A DNA stretch of 64,000 nt from Acidobacteriota bacterium (GTDB lineage Bacteria; Acidobacteriota; UBA6911; RPQK01; JAJDTT01). The notes beneath the pieces are model-generated. The model saw nothing but the letters and a program-made list of their open reading frames with translations. It had not been told where the DNA came from and did not search any database. Each line of letters starts with the position of its first letter. Within the stretch, counting starts at the first letter, position 1. The translations under genes and the position numbers were made by a program. The stretch covers positions 3,179 to 67,178 of the forward strand of contig OZ241897.1 in assembly GCA_965203535.1 (NCBI GenBank), in the 5' to 3' direction. Positions 9,698 to 22,644 of the stretch are shown in pieces.

Positions 9698-10195
9698 TCA
9701 ACCAGCCGCTGACGGAGAAAGTTCCCCTCCCTCCAACCACCGGACCAACGCCTTGCCGGGGTCGGCGATCTCGTCGATCGACGTGTACCAGTAGTCCTCC
9801 CAGCCCGTCTCCGGCAGTCCCGTGAACAGCATCAGGTTGAGTGGATAGATCTCGCTGTCGGTGCAGCGGCGGAAGTCGTCCCGGAACAGGAACACAGGTT
9901 TTTCCCAGGCGATGGCCAAGCCGAGTTCCACCATGACTCCCTCGTCCGGCGGACAGCCGTTGACCACCCCGAAAAAGCCGTCCGCCTCCCTCACGTCCCG
10001 GACATCGGCCTGACCGATCCGGTAGGCCCACCCTGGATTCGCGTGGTCGACCTGGTTATTTCGGGCGAAAGGCTCCCATACCTCGGCGCCCGCCTCCTCC
10101 AACGCGGCCACCAGGAGCGCCAGCGGACCTTCACGCTGCTGCCGGGAAAAACCGTACGGATTGGCCAGATACAGAGTCTTCTTGGTGGACATCAA
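9698..10195 (-). CDS. Nucleoside 2-deoxyribosyltransferase-like protein
   Basis: 165 aa. LYLANPYGFS...GFFGVVNG...GVMVELGLAIAWEKPVFLF matches the nucleoside 2-deoxyribosyltransferase-like fold family. Confidence 0.6.
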   Translation of the reverse strand: MMSTKKTLYLANPYGFSRQQREGPLALLVAALEEAGAEVWEPFARNNQVDHANPGWAYRIGQADVRDVREADGFFGVVNGCPPDEGVMVELGLAIAWEKPVFLFRDDFRRCTDSEIYPLNLMLFTGLPETGWEDYWYTSIDEIADPGKALVRWLEGGELSPSAAG

Positions 10196-10250
10196 TCGAT
10201 TGCCTGAGTGTGGCGCCAGCCGATCTCGCCATGCGGGAACGGCCGGCGGG

Positions 10251-12847
10251 TTAATTATCCAACGGAGTATGCAACATCACTCCTTTTTCGGTCTGCGCCA
10301 CGGCAAACGTCCGGACCCGATTGAAACCGTTCCGGAAGGCGGACTCCGGGACCAGCGCCTGGAAACTCCGCCGCCCGTCGGGTCCGTCGAACGTGGGGGC
10401 CACCGTCCGGAGAGTTCCGTTGACGGAAACGGCCACGAATTCCACGTCCCGTACTGAGATCCAGCCTTCGACCGCGGCGGGAATGAAGTCGCTGTCCAGG
10501 CGAACCGTCTCGTAGAGTTCCGGACGATCCAACTCGATACGCAACCCGCCGCGTTCGGTCACCTGCAGTTGGCTCAGTGGTTTCCCCAACAGCGATTCGG
10601 AAGGGCCGAATTTGAACAAGCCGTCCGGACCCGCTTCCCAGGCCAGTTCGCGCAAACCCGCGAGAAATTCAGCGGTACGAATGGAATTCCCGCGTTCGTC
10701 TGCTCCGATCGCGCGATCGATGAGAAAAGAACGCGCCGCCTCCTGGCCGTTGGAACACGGCTGCTCGAGTTGGGAGGCGTGCATTGCCCCCTGCATCGAC
10801 ATCGGTTCGGCCGACCATGGGAAACTGAGTGGATAAGCCAACTCGTAGATCCGGTCTCCGAAAACAGCAAAGCACCGGACCCGCTGTTTCCACTGGAAGA
10901 GTTCCGGGTCGAACTTGAGATGGAACCCGGACTGTTCCAGATCATCCTCCTTGTAGTACTCGGCCACATCGGGCCGCGGGTACCGGTTCATCCCCTGATG
11001 GACCAGGTCGCCGTCGGCGAACAGCAGGATGGAATCGGCCGGTTTCAGGGTGCACATATCGGCGGCCCAACCGAAGAAGGACATCTTGCCGTCCCTTTCG
11101 ACGACGACGTCCAGCAGGCTCCAGACACCGCCCCGACTCACTTCGATCGACGCGCCCTCCAGGCACACGGTGGTTCGATGGCCCGGGAACTGGAACATGC
11201 CGGCGGCAACCGACACCGGGTTCCTGTTCTCCATCCCGCCGGATTCCATGACGGGGACTCCATCGGTCGGCCACGGGGCCGAAACTCCCAGGATGCCGGC
11301 AATGCTGGGGAAGATGTCGGTGGTCAGCGTCGGCCGATCCGACACCCGGCCCCGCTTCTGGCCGGGGACCTTGATAAATAGAGGCACGGCCAGAAGGTCC
11401 TCGAAGTTGTCCACTGTGATTCGCCTCCTGCTGGCGCCGGGTCGAAAGCTGGCCCCGTGATCCGAGACGACGACGATCAGGCTCCGATCGAAAAGACCGG
11501 ACGTCCTGAGTTTCCGGAGCAGACGGCCCAGGAGCCGGTCCGCAAAACCGACCTGCAACAGGTGACGCTGAAACGCAAGCGTCACCAGAGTCTCGTCACT
11601 TCTCCAGACCTCATACTCCAGGAACAAATTCATTTTCCTGGAGGAAATATGGCGTTTCCCGGACGGGAGGTGGATCCAAGGCGCATGCGGAGTCTGGACG
11701 TGAATGAAATTCAGACCAGGCTTCCCCTCTTCCGGGAGCGCTTCGAGGAACGCCGCGAATTGGCGTACGGGGTGAGCGCTCCACCACTTCTGCGGCTTCG
11801 GAAAGGTCCAGCCGTGACGAACGTCCGGCAAACGGGATGCGAGGTCCTCGGGAAGAACCAGGTGCAGATAGACCGCTGAGAGATCCAAGAGGAGCGGAAT
11901 CACTTTTTGGACGGGGCCCGGTGCCGAATTCGGACACGTGGGACAGAAATGCGTGGCCGACTCGAAGACGTTGAGCCGGTGCGAGTCCCGAAGCCAGGTG
12001 AACAGATTGTTCGGATACCCGGCCAAATTCGGAAGAATCCCAAGATCTCCTTCCGGGCGGTTGCCGGTCAGGATGGCAGGCACTGCGTACTGGGTCGCGT
12101 GGGAAACAGTCGCGGCGTTCCGGTACCAGGTGGCCTGGCCGGCCAGCTCAGCGAAACTCGGAAAACGTTCAGAGTCGATTCCGCCCTGACGATTCAGGAG
12201 AGATTGCACGGGGAGTTCGTCGAAGACGACCATGACGATGGGGGTGTCCGCCACGCCGTCTGCCAGCGCGGGCCCGTGAGGCTCGGCGGGAGCAGCAACC
12301 CTCCGGACCGATGCTCCGGTCAGGAAAAGGACCGGAACGACCAGCATTGCGGGCGAGAGAAAGGTCAGGTAACGGCGCAGGGACCGGTAGCGAAGGTAGG
12401 CGAGACGGCTCAACCACGCCAGAACCGCCGCGAGTCCAACCAGGAGCAATGCCGGCATCTCCGGGATGCGTTTCAGAACCAGCAGTGCGAGCGGAAACAC
12501 AAACAATGCGGCGCCTGAGCCGCGGACGCTGAATCTGTCTCCCGCGCTCCGATCCAGCAACCGTTCGATTGCCGCCACCACTGCCGGACCGGCCAGGCAG
12601 AGGAGAAGCACGAGAAGACAAATCTCGGCGATTCCCGCACGGTGGGCGACGAGAAATTGAGGATATCGTGACAGCAGATCGAAAACGGGCTGGGCCAGCG
12701 ACAGGCTGGCCAGAGTTCCAACGTGCAGGAAGCAGGTCCAGGTTCGTGTTGGCCCAACATCCGGACCGGAGGTGCTGCGATTCGAGTTCCGGCGGCGCGG
12801 CCTGCGGGGCGTTCGGCCGCCGCTCAATATTGCGAGCCGCCAACCCT

Positions 12848-12851
<4 letters not shown>
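10251..12851 (-). CDS. Membrane-anchored sulfatase-like (alkaline-phosphatase superfamily / LTA-synthase-like) enzyme
   Basis: 866 aa. N-terminal multi-TM region. Sulfatase-type motif VVVSDHGASFRPG. Large extracytoplasmic domain. Start overlaps the recQ stop by 4 nt. Confidence 0.7.
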
Positions 12852-15217
<2,366 letters not shown>

Positions 15218-15605
15218 GATGATAATATACGAAACTATATTCTGATCCGTCTCGTAGAACTGTAGAACCTGATGATTCTAAATTATCCCCACTATTGCGA
15301 ATCGTAGTCCTTTGATGACCCATCCCCAATTGCTGCAGCTATCCGATTAGTAATTCTTTCGCGTAGTTCCTCTGGTGTCCCCCACACCCAATAGGAGTCG
15401 ATACTATAGGACATCTTGAAACAACGGCTTATTTAGATCTCTATGACATTGGAAACCACTTTAATAGAAACAGACACTCTAGTAATGAATCAATTACGGA
15501 ACGCCCTACGGCACAAGCGCATGATTTCATGAATAGTTGACCCAGATTATTCATGCCACAGGTTGATAAGACCTTCCCAACCAAATTTTTGGAGCTTCAT
15601 CGTTC
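15218..15605. other. AT-rich intergenic region (compositional anomaly); likely horizontal-acquisition boundary and promoter region
   Basis: About 390 bp visibly AT-rich compared with the flanking high-GC DNA. No ORF. Confidence 0.5.
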
Positions 15606-16793
15606 TCAGCCCAAGGAGCTTGTTCGCAGTGATTCCATCCAGAAATAAAGCGCGTGGAGCAGATTGGGGAATCGGTATCCGCCTCTGACTCCAGGATCGG
15701 CTTCCAGTGCTCCGAGTTGCTTCATGCGCCTCAGAAAATTGTCCAGGACTGTTTTTTCGCCGCCGGTCAGACGTCCGACGAGTTCCGATCTTCGGAAATG
15801 CATCCGGGGCCTATCCGAGATTTTTCGCAGAATCGACCGGTAACGCTCGCTACGGATGGCGCCGAATATCGGCGGCTCCAACAGTGTCCGTCCGATCACC
15901 TCGGCGGCGGTCCGGAGACCCGCGGAGACTTCTCGTGAACGTATGTCCAAACTCCGAGCCGTGCGCCACACCGCGTCACCAATTTCATGAGCCAGAACAG
16001 GAAGTCCGCCGGTGAACCGGACAAGTCGTTCCATATCCGAGTCAGCGATCTTTGCGTCCACGGAATTGAATGATGTCTCGAAAAACTGCGTGACTTCACC
16101 CGTCGACCAGGGTGCGAGGTCGATCAACTCGAAAACGCGGGCGAGAGATGGCTGATTCTCGATCAATTCCTGGCGTCTTTCCTCAAGTCCGACGACGAGA
16201 ACGCAGAGCGGCACCTGTTGTCGCGAGGTGGCAATTTCGTCCACGAGACTCTTGAGCCAGTTACCGAAGGCCTCGGAACCAGCGAGACCGTCGATGTCGT
16301 CCAGTATCAGAAAAAGGGCGCTTTTCTGGCCCTCGAGACTGTCCATGAGCCGCCTGATAGTGGGAACGAAGTCATGGGCAACCGTCGACAGGTCTCTGTC
16401 CTTGAGATCCAATTCCAGGCTGATGCCGAACAGTCCCACTTTGCGGACCTCGTTTCCGAAAAACTCCCGGATTTGTGCGTGCCAGGGCTTGTCCATGCTT
16501 TCCTTCAAGAGTCGATTGAAGGTCCTTCTCAGCGTCTCCTGCAAATCATGGACGCCTCCAAGAAACACATGGCACCCTGCGACTGCGCCCACTTGTTCGG
16601 ACAGGTGGCGCACGAAAGAGGCCAGGGAACTCTTGCCGATGCCGCGTTCGCCGCTGATGAATCCGATTTTGAAATTGCCCCGCGTGCTGGCCTTCACCAT
16701 TCTGTACAGACGCTTGATTTCTTCGACACGGCCGACGAAGAACTCAATGGGCACGGGTTGCCCAGGTCTGAACGGACTTGTTTCGGGATTCAT
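15606..16793 (-). CDS. AAA+ ATPase domain protein (Arch_ATPase / DUF234-like ATP-binding protein)
   Basis: Walker A ISGERGIGKSSLA, Walker B-like LFLILDDID, C-terminal winged-helix-like region. 395 aa. Flanked by AT-rich DNA. Confidence 0.65.
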   Translation of the reverse strand: MNPETSPFRPGQPVPIEFFVGRVEEIKRLYRMVKASTRGNFKIGFISGERGIGKSSLASFVRHLSEQVGAVAGCHVFLGGVHDLQETLRRTFNRLLKESMDKPWHAQIREFFGNEVRKVGLFGISLELDLKDRDLSTVAHDFVPTIRRLMDSLEGQKSALFLILDDIDGLAGSEAFGNWLKSLVDEIATSRQQVPLCVLVVGLEERRQELIENQPSLARVFELIDLAPWSTGEVTQFFETSFNSVDAKIADSDMERLVRFTGGLPVLAHEIGDAVWRTARSLDIRSREVSAGLRTAAEVIGRTLLEPPIFGAIRSERYRSILRKISDRPRMHFRRSELVGRLTGGEKTVLDNFLRRMKQLGALEADPGVRGGYRFPNLLHALYFWMESLRTSSLG

Positions 16794-17028
16794 CTCGCGT
16801 AGCCTTTCACCGGAGCCGGCGCCATTAGCTTATAAATTACGATGTCCCGGATGCATGGAATATCTCTTCAGCGGATCGCATCCGGCAGCACGACAAACGT
16901 ATTCGAACGTGGGCCGAAGCGTCGCATTCACGATGTGTCGTAAGTTCCATGACGTGAGGGGAAATGCCCACATCTGAGCGCGTCGCAATCCATGGTACGT
17001 CCCGGACGTCCGGCTGGCTTCAATATCA

Positions 17029-17502
17029 CTAACGCCCCACATCCCGAATCGACTTGCCAAATTCGTTTTCCCAGTCGCTGACCATCTCGAAATCGCTTTG
17101 GGTCACCCTCCAGGATCCGAACTCCCGCTCCAACAGGAAGGACTGGCGGGTGTTGCGGTCGTTGTAGACCGTCTCGGTCAGGACCCGGACCTGATCCGGA
17201 CTCAGTTCCTCCTGGCCCAGAATGGCCAGACCCTTGACAGCGCTTCCCCGCCTCCTGAGCCAATCCGACAGCCACGGCGCCGAATCCCGCGCCAACAGGT
17301 CCTCCAGGCGCCGCCTCAGGTCTCCGCCGAAGCACTCCTTGAGCGCCTCGACGTCACCGCGCTCCATGGCCTGGACCATGGCGATCAGGACGTCGTCCGG
17401 ATTCTCTTCCCTTTCCGTTTCCGTGATGGGCGTCTCGCGCGAAACGAAATAGACGAAGCACCCCAGGATCGCCAGCGTGGAGAACCATTTCCTGGGTGCC
17501 AT
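17029..17502 (-). CDS. Hypothetical exported/membrane-anchored protein
   Basis: 157 aa with N-terminal hydrophobic segment WFSTLAILGCFVYFV. Sits downstream of the SPFH genes on the same strand. Confidence 0.5.
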   Translation of the reverse strand: MAPRKWFSTLAILGCFVYFVSRETPITETEREENPDDVLIAMVQAMERGDVEALKECFGGDLRRRLEDLLARDSAPWLSDWLRRRGSAVKGLAILGQEELSPDQVRVLTETVYNDRNTRQSFLLEREFGSWRVTQSDFEMVSDWENEFGKSIRDVGR

Positions 17503-17538
17503 CTCCGTCTCCCCGAAGGCCGGCCTCGCCGGCTTCCC

Positions 17539-18462
17539 TCAGTCCTCCACCGCGAAGATATCCAGGTCCAGACCCTGCCGGCTTCCGGCGTCGTCCAGAA
17601 TGACCTTGCGGGTGCGGGGCAGGATCTCTTCCATGGCCTCCAGGAAGAGGCGGGCCGTGGTGACGGTGGGATGGCGCCGGTACTCTCTCCACAGGCTCAG
17701 GAAATGCTGCGATTCGCCCTGGGCCCGGTCCACCACCTCCCGGCCGTAGATTCGGGCCTGCTGGAGATTTTCCTGGGCCTGGCCCCGAGTTCGAGGCAAC
17801 AATTCGCTGGAGTATCCCCGGGCCTCCTGCACGATCCGGTTCCGGTCCTCCCTGGCGTTGGCCACCTCCAGGAAGGCATCGCGGACCTGTTCGGGAGGAC
17901 GGACCTGTTCCAGGGCCAGGGCGGTCACGGCCACGCCCAACGCCAAGCGGTCCGCCTCGTGCTGCAGATCCTCCCGGACGCGATTCTGGATCTCGATGCG
18001 GCCCGTGGTGAGCACGTCGTCGACGCCCCGGATCGCCACGGCTCGAGAGAGGGAACGATAGAGAAGGGCCTCCAGGACCTGGGGAAGATCCTGGGACCGG
18101 TACAGATACCGGCCCGGGTCCTGGATGTAGTACTGAATGGAGGCACGGAACCGGACCAGGTTCTGGTCGCCGCTCAACAGGGAGTCGTCCTCCGTCAGGA
18201 CCCGCACTCCCAAGGCCCGGTCCAGATCGGTGCCCCCGATGGTGAGACGCTGGGCCTCGTTCGTCTTCAACAGGATCACCTCTTCCAGAGGGTACGGAAA
18301 GGCGTACTGCAGGCCCGGTTGGATCCGTTCCGTAAGCAGCCGGCCCAGCCGCAACTTCACCGCCTGCCGATCGGTGGGGACGTAGTAGATCCCGGACGCC
18401 AGGTACAGGGCGATCAACACCGACGACAGCAGCAAGCTGTTCTGTCGCAACCAGGTTCTCAC
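17539..18462 (-). CDS. SPFH/band-7 family protein (HflC-like)
   Basis: N-terminal TM (LLLSSVLIALYLASGIYYV) followed by an SPFH domain. Start overlaps the stop of the upstream SPFH gene. Confidence 0.75.
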   Translation of the reverse strand: MRTWLRQNSLLLSSVLIALYLASGIYYVPTDRQAVKLRLGRLLTERIQPGLQYAFPYPLEEVILLKTNEAQRLTIGGTDLDRALGVRVLTEDDSLLSGDQNLVRFRASIQYYIQDPGRYLYRSQDLPQVLEALLYRSLSRAVAIRGVDDVLTTGRIEIQNRVREDLQHEADRLALGVAVTALALEQVRPPEQVRDAFLEVANAREDRNRIVQEARGYSSELLPRTRGQAQENLQQARIYGREVVDRAQGESQHFLSLWREYRRHPTVTTARLFLEAMEEILPRTRKVILDDAGSRQGLDLDIFAVED

Positions 18463-19410
18463 CGGGCCAACCTTCCGTTGCGCCCCTCGGTCAGCAGCTT
18501 GAGCAACTCCGAGTCGGCCGAGAGGACGGCGGTGGTCTTGTCGTCCAGGATTCGCTGGTACGCTTCCAGCGTCCTTACCATCTGGTAGAACTCGGGGTCC
18601 CGGGAATAGGCCCGTCCGTAGATCCGGGCGGCTTGGGCGTCCGCCTCGCCCCGGATGATCTCCGTCTGTTTGTAGGCCGCCGACAGCAGCTCCTCGGCCT
18701 GCCGGTCCGCCTCGGCCCGGATCTTGCGGGCCTCCTCTTCCCCTTCGGCCCGGTATTTCTTGGCGATGCGGTCCCGTTCCGCCCGCATCCGGGCATAGAC
18801 GCTCTCGCGGTTCTGGGTGGGCAGATTGATCCGCTTCACGTCCACGGACGCGATCCGAATTCCGTAACGTTGGCGGGAGATCTCATCGCACTCGCGCGTG
18901 AGTTTCTCCATCACGGGCTCCAGACGGACCTGTTCCGGATCCGTGGCCACCAGTTCGGAAAGCTCCGTCCGGCCCAGATCGGCGGAGACCGACGACCACA
19001 CGATGTCGTGCAGGCGCATCTCGGCCCCGGAGCGATCCCCGACCGTGCGCAGATACTGGAGCGGCTCCTGGACCTGCCAGATCACGTAGGTCTCCACCAG
19101 GAGATTCTTCTTGTCCCGGGTCAGGTACTCGGAAGGCCGGGGATTGTAGAGATGCAACCGCTTGTCGATGCGGGTGAGCCCCTGGAAGAACCACTTGAAA
19201 CGGAGTCCCGCCTCCTTGTACTCGGCGACGGGGCGGCCGAACTGGGTGACCAGGACCATCTCCTCCTCGTTCACCGTGAACAGGCTCCGGTACGCCAGAA
19301 TCAACAGGACCGCGATCCAGAAGACCTTGTTACGGATCACTCTCCCCGTTCGGATCCGCTGCCTGCTCTTCTCGCCGTCCTCGGGCGGCTTCACTGGGTA
19401 GTGCATCTGC
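18459..19410 (-). CDS. SPFH/band-7 family protein (HflC/HflK-like)
   Basis: Start chosen at MHYPVKPP (ATG at 19408-19410) just after the stop of the upstream ATPase-SPFH gene. TM WIAVLLILAYRSLF. SPFH domain with charged coiled-coil C-terminal region (RIAKKYRAEGEEEARKIRAEADRQAEE). Confidence 0.7.
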
Positions 19411-19413
19411 GAG

Positions 19414-22400
19414 TCATCTCCCACTGGAGGAGACCGCCTTCTCCAGGTCTCCCAAGTTGAACACCGAGTTACGGAACAGCAGCATCTTCCGGCGTCCCGA
19501 GCTTTGGTCCAGGATGTACTTCTTTTTTCCCGCCAGACCCGCCTCGACCGCCTCCAGGTAGACACGGACCCGGGTCGTCTCGGGAGACTGGCGATAAGCG
19601 CCGTAACGCAGTTCGAAGCGGCGGGATTCCCCCTCGGAACGCCGGACCCGGGAGACCGCATAGGCCCCAGCCTGGATCTGCCTGCCCTGGGCCTCGCCCG
19701 CCGCAATGGGCACCCGCTCGTTGGCGTAGGCATGCGCCTCGTTGATCATGCGGCTCTTCTGCTCCAGGGCGCTGGCCACGTCCCGGAACGCCCCCACCAC
19801 CTCCAGCGCCGGATGCACGTCCAGGAGCTGGAACGCCTGGACTCGAACGCCCAAGCCCAGGCGGTCCGCCTCCGATCGCACCATCTCCATCGCCGCGCTC
19901 TCGATGGCGCGCCGGTCGAGGGCCAGAATCCGGTCCAGCTCCATGGTGGCCGCCACCTGGCGCAAGGCGCTCTCGCACAGGAACTGCAAGGCGGATTCCA
20001 GGTTCGAACTGGCGAAGAGATACTGGTGGAAGTCGGCGATGGTGTAGTGGACGACCGCGTTCACCTCCACCAGGTACTCGTCTCCCGTGAGCATGAGCGC
20101 TTCGTCCTCCCTCCGCAGATAGCGTCCCTGGCGATGCTGAATGTTCCACTCGTAGGCGGCCGGCCCCCCTTCGGCCTCGGCCACCGAGTCGGAAATCCGG
20201 AAACCCAGCTCCACGGTGCGGACCTGCGCGGGCCGGAGGCGGTGGAGGGTCTCCACGGGCCAGGGCGCCACGTAGTGAAGGCCAGGACCCAGCGAACCCT
20301 CGACCAGCCGGCCCAGGCGCTGGACCACTCCCACCTCCTCCGGCGCCAGCATCCGGACCCCGGAGAGCAGGTACGCCAGGATGGCCGCCGCCCCGGCCCA
20401 ACGGAGCAGAGACCCTTTGCGATGACCCGCCCAGTGGAGAAAGTGCCGGAAAAGATGGGCCGGATTCCGATGGTGCAACCAGTGAAGGACATCGTGCTGG
20501 AGATGGTGGAGGTCGTGGCGGAGATGATGGTACCGGTGGCCCAGGTGGTGCAGCCGGTGGCGAAGCCCGTGGGGAAGAAGCTCCGACGGCCGGCGATCCA
20601 GCAGCTTGAGGGAATTCATCAGGACCAGGAACGAGGAGCCCTGGTGGACGACGGCGGCGCCCACGGCGCTCAGGTACCCCCAGAAGGCGGCCATGACCGC
20701 AGCCAGGTTGAAGACCAGGCCGAACCAGAAGATGTTGTCGTGAATGGTCTTGACGGCGCGGCGGCTCATGCGGATCAACGGCTTCAGGCGGTCGAGCCCC
20801 CCATCCCCGACCAGCACCACGCCCGACGCGTCGGCGGCGATATCGGTCCCCGTGTCCCCCATGGCGATGCCCACGTGGGCGGCGGCCAGGGACGGCGAAT
20901 CGTTGACGCCGTCTCCCACCATGGCCACCCGGAGGCCCTGGAGCTTGAGATCCTCCAGGTGGGCCAGCTTCTCCTCCGGGAGCAGCCCGGCGTGCACCTG
21001 GGCAATCCCGACCTCCCGGGCCACCCGAAGGGCCGCCTTTTCGTTGTCTCCCGTCAAGAGCAGGGACTTCCGGATCCCCAACTGGCGCAGCTCGGCCACC
21101 GCCTGGCTCGCCTCCTGCCGGGGCTGATCCTGCAGGAGGAGGACTCCCGCGGCCTGCTCTTCCCACCCGACCAGGACGGCGATGCCTCCTTCGGACGCGG
21201 CTTGATCCAGGACTTCCTGCTCCGGCTTGGAGAGGGTGACTCCCTGCTGTTCCAGGAATCGCGCGCTGCCGACCAGTACGGTCGGAGCCGCATCATTGCC
21301 GGTTGCAGGCACCGTCCCCTCCAGACCCAGACCCGCATGCCTTTGGACCGACTCCCCGGGTGAGACGTCAAGGCCCCGGCTCTCGGCCGCCTCCCGAATC
21401 GCCTTGGCCAGCAGATGCTCGGAAAAGAACTCCAGGGAGGCCGCCCAACCCAGGATCGCGTCGGGGCGGAATTCTCCGAAGGGGATCACCCGGACCAGCT
21501 CGGGCCGGCCCCGGGTGAGGGTGCCGGTCTTGTCGAAGGCGAAGCAGTCGATCTTGGAAAGCTCCTCGATCTGGACCCCGCCCCGAACGACGATCCCTTT
21601 CCGGGCCAGGGAGCTGATGGTGGCCAGGACCGCCGCCGGCGTGGCCAGGACCATGGCGCAGGGACAGGCCACGATGAGGATCGCCACGGAGCGCATCCAG
21701 TCCCCCGTCACCACGTAACAGAGGACCGCGATTCCCAGCACCAGGGGCAGGAACCATTGGGCGTAGCGGTCCGCCGTCCGTTGGATCGGCGCCTTGCTCT
21801 CCCTGGCCTGGCGCACCAGCTCCACGATCCGGTTCAGCACCGTGGTCTCGCCCACTTGGCGGGCGCGGACCAGGAGCCGGGCGGTCTGGTTCACGCTGCC
21901 GGCGTAGACCTGGTCGCGGACCGACCGCGCCCGGGGCACCGACTCTCCCGTGATGGAGCTCTCGTCCAGGAGCGATTCCCCTTCCACGATGACGCCGTCC
22001 ACCGGGACCCTCTCGCCGGGATAGACCACCACCCGGTCCTCCGGCCGGAGTTCTCCCAGAGCCACCCGCTCCTCGCCGTCGTCTCCCCAGCGGTGGGCCT
22101 CTTGGGGCAGCATCGAGAGAAGCTGCGTCAGGTCGGAGTGGAACCTCTGGGAGGCGTAGGCCTCCAACGTCTCCCCGACGAGCATGATGTAGACCACCTC
22201 GGCGGCGGCCAGATATTCGCCCACGTAGAGGGCGGCCAGAGCCGCCAGAGTCACCGCCTGATCGGCGCTGATCCGCCGGGAGATCACGTCCTGGAATGCC
22301 CGGTGGAAGGTGCTGTACCCGTAGAGGAAGGTCAGGACGATGCCCAGGTCCCAGGGGAAGGGCGAAACGATCCACTCCTGCCAGTAGGCCACCAGGAGCA

Positions 22401-22500
22401 GGCCCCCCAGGACCAGCCCCGCGAAGCGCCAGCGAAAGACGGCCCCTTCGTCCAGATGGAAGGTGTGTGCGAGGGGCAGAATCATGGTGGCGCCGTCCAC
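19414..22500 (-). CDS. P1B-type heavy-metal-translocating ATPase fused to a His-rich linker and a C-terminal SPFH (HflK-like) domain
   Basis: Single uninterrupted 1028-aa ORF. TGES, CPC metal-binding TM motif ACPCAMVLATP, DKTGTLT phosphorylation site, GDGVNDSPSLA hinge. Then His-rich HRLHHLGHRYHHLRHDLHHLQHDVLHWLHH, a TM helix, and an SPFH domain (GPGLHYVAPWPVE...). Confidence 0.7.
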   Translation of the reverse strand: MDGATMILPLAHTFHLDEGAVFRWRFAGLVLGGLLLVAYWQEWIVSPFPWDLGIVLTFLYGYSTFHRAFQDVISRRISADQAVTLAALAALYVGEYLAAAEVVYIMLVGETLEAYASQRFHSDLTQLLSMLPQEAHRWGDDGEERVALGELRPEDRVVVYPGERVPVDGVIVEGESLLDESSITGESVPRARSVRDQVYAGSVNQTARLLVRARQVGETTVLNRIVELVRQARESKAPIQRTADRYAQWFLPLVLGIAVLCYVVTGDWMRSVAILIVACPCAMVLATPAAVLATISSLARKGIVVRGGVQIEELSKIDCFAFDKTGTLTRGRPELVRVIPFGEFRPDAILGWAASLEFFSEHLLAKAIREAAESRGLDVSPGESVQRHAGLGLEGTVPATGNDAAPTVLVGSARFLEQQGVTLSKPEQEVLDQAASEGGIAVLVGWEEQAAGVLLLQDQPRQEASQAVAELRQLGIRKSLLLTGDNEKAALRVAREVGIAQVHAGLLPEEKLAHLEDLKLQGLRVAMVGDGVNDSPSLAAAHVGIAMGDTGTDIAADASGVVLVGDGGLDRLKPLIRMSRRAVKTIHDNIFWFGLVFNLAAVMAAFWGYLSAVGAAVVHQGSSFLVLMNSLKLLDRRPSELLPHGLRHRLHHLGHRYHHLRHDLHHLQHDVLHWLHHRNPAHLFRHFLHWAGHRKGSLLRWAGAAAILAYLLSGVRMLAPEEVGVVQRLGRLVEGSLGPGLHYVAPWPVETLHRLRPAQVRTVELGFRISDSVAEAEGGPAAYEWNIQHRQGRYLRREDEALMLTGDEYLVEVNAVVHYTIADFHQYLFASSNLESALQFLCESALRQVAATMELDRILALDRRAIESAAMEMVRSEADRLGLGVRVQAFQLLDVHPALEVVGAFRDVASALEQKSRMINEAHAYANERVPIAAGEAQGRQIQAGAYAVSRVRRSEGESRRFELRYGAYRQSPETTRVRVYLEAVEAGLAGKKKYILDQSSGRRKMLLFRNSVFNLGDLEKAVSSSGR

Positions 22501-22644
22501 TATACAAGCCGGTCTGACCGGTTCAAAGGGACCAGAGTCAGGGTGGGAACGCCTGTAACACTTGGTTTCGAAGTGAGGTTCCGCCTGTAAAGGGCGTGAC
22601 CGGATCTCGGGATGGAAACTGAGGCGCGGCGGTATTGGTTTGTT

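Noticed and set aside
8881-10031. ORFs 8881..9825(+) and 9141..10031(-) across the integrase remnant and deoxyribosyltransferase-like gene
   Set aside because: No domain content. They overlap the recognisable integrase fragments and the 9698..10195 gene, so are probably spurious.
10569-12518. Plus-strand ORFs (10569..11381, 11029..11460, 11457..11879, 11907..12518) opposite the sulfatase-like gene
   Set aside because: All antisense to an 866-aa gene with sulfatase motifs and TM segments.
15218-15605. Possible tRNA or small RNA in the AT-rich spacer
   Set aside because: I could not identify a cloverleaf-compatible sequence or a conserved tRNA T-loop (GTTCRA) followed by an acceptor stem. Not excluded, but unsupported by eye.
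17098-18588. 496-aa plus-strand ORF across the SPFH genes
   Set aside because: Antisense to three overlapping SPFH-family genes. Low-complexity translation.
19469-22590. Several 300-600-aa ORFs on both strands overlapping the P-type ATPase (19469..21166-, 19504..21363+, 21368..22507-, 21415..22590+)
   Set aside because: Alternative-frame and antisense ORFs with extreme Gly/Arg/Pro content. The ATPase frame carries all diagnostic motifs (TGES, CPC, DKTGT, GDGVND).
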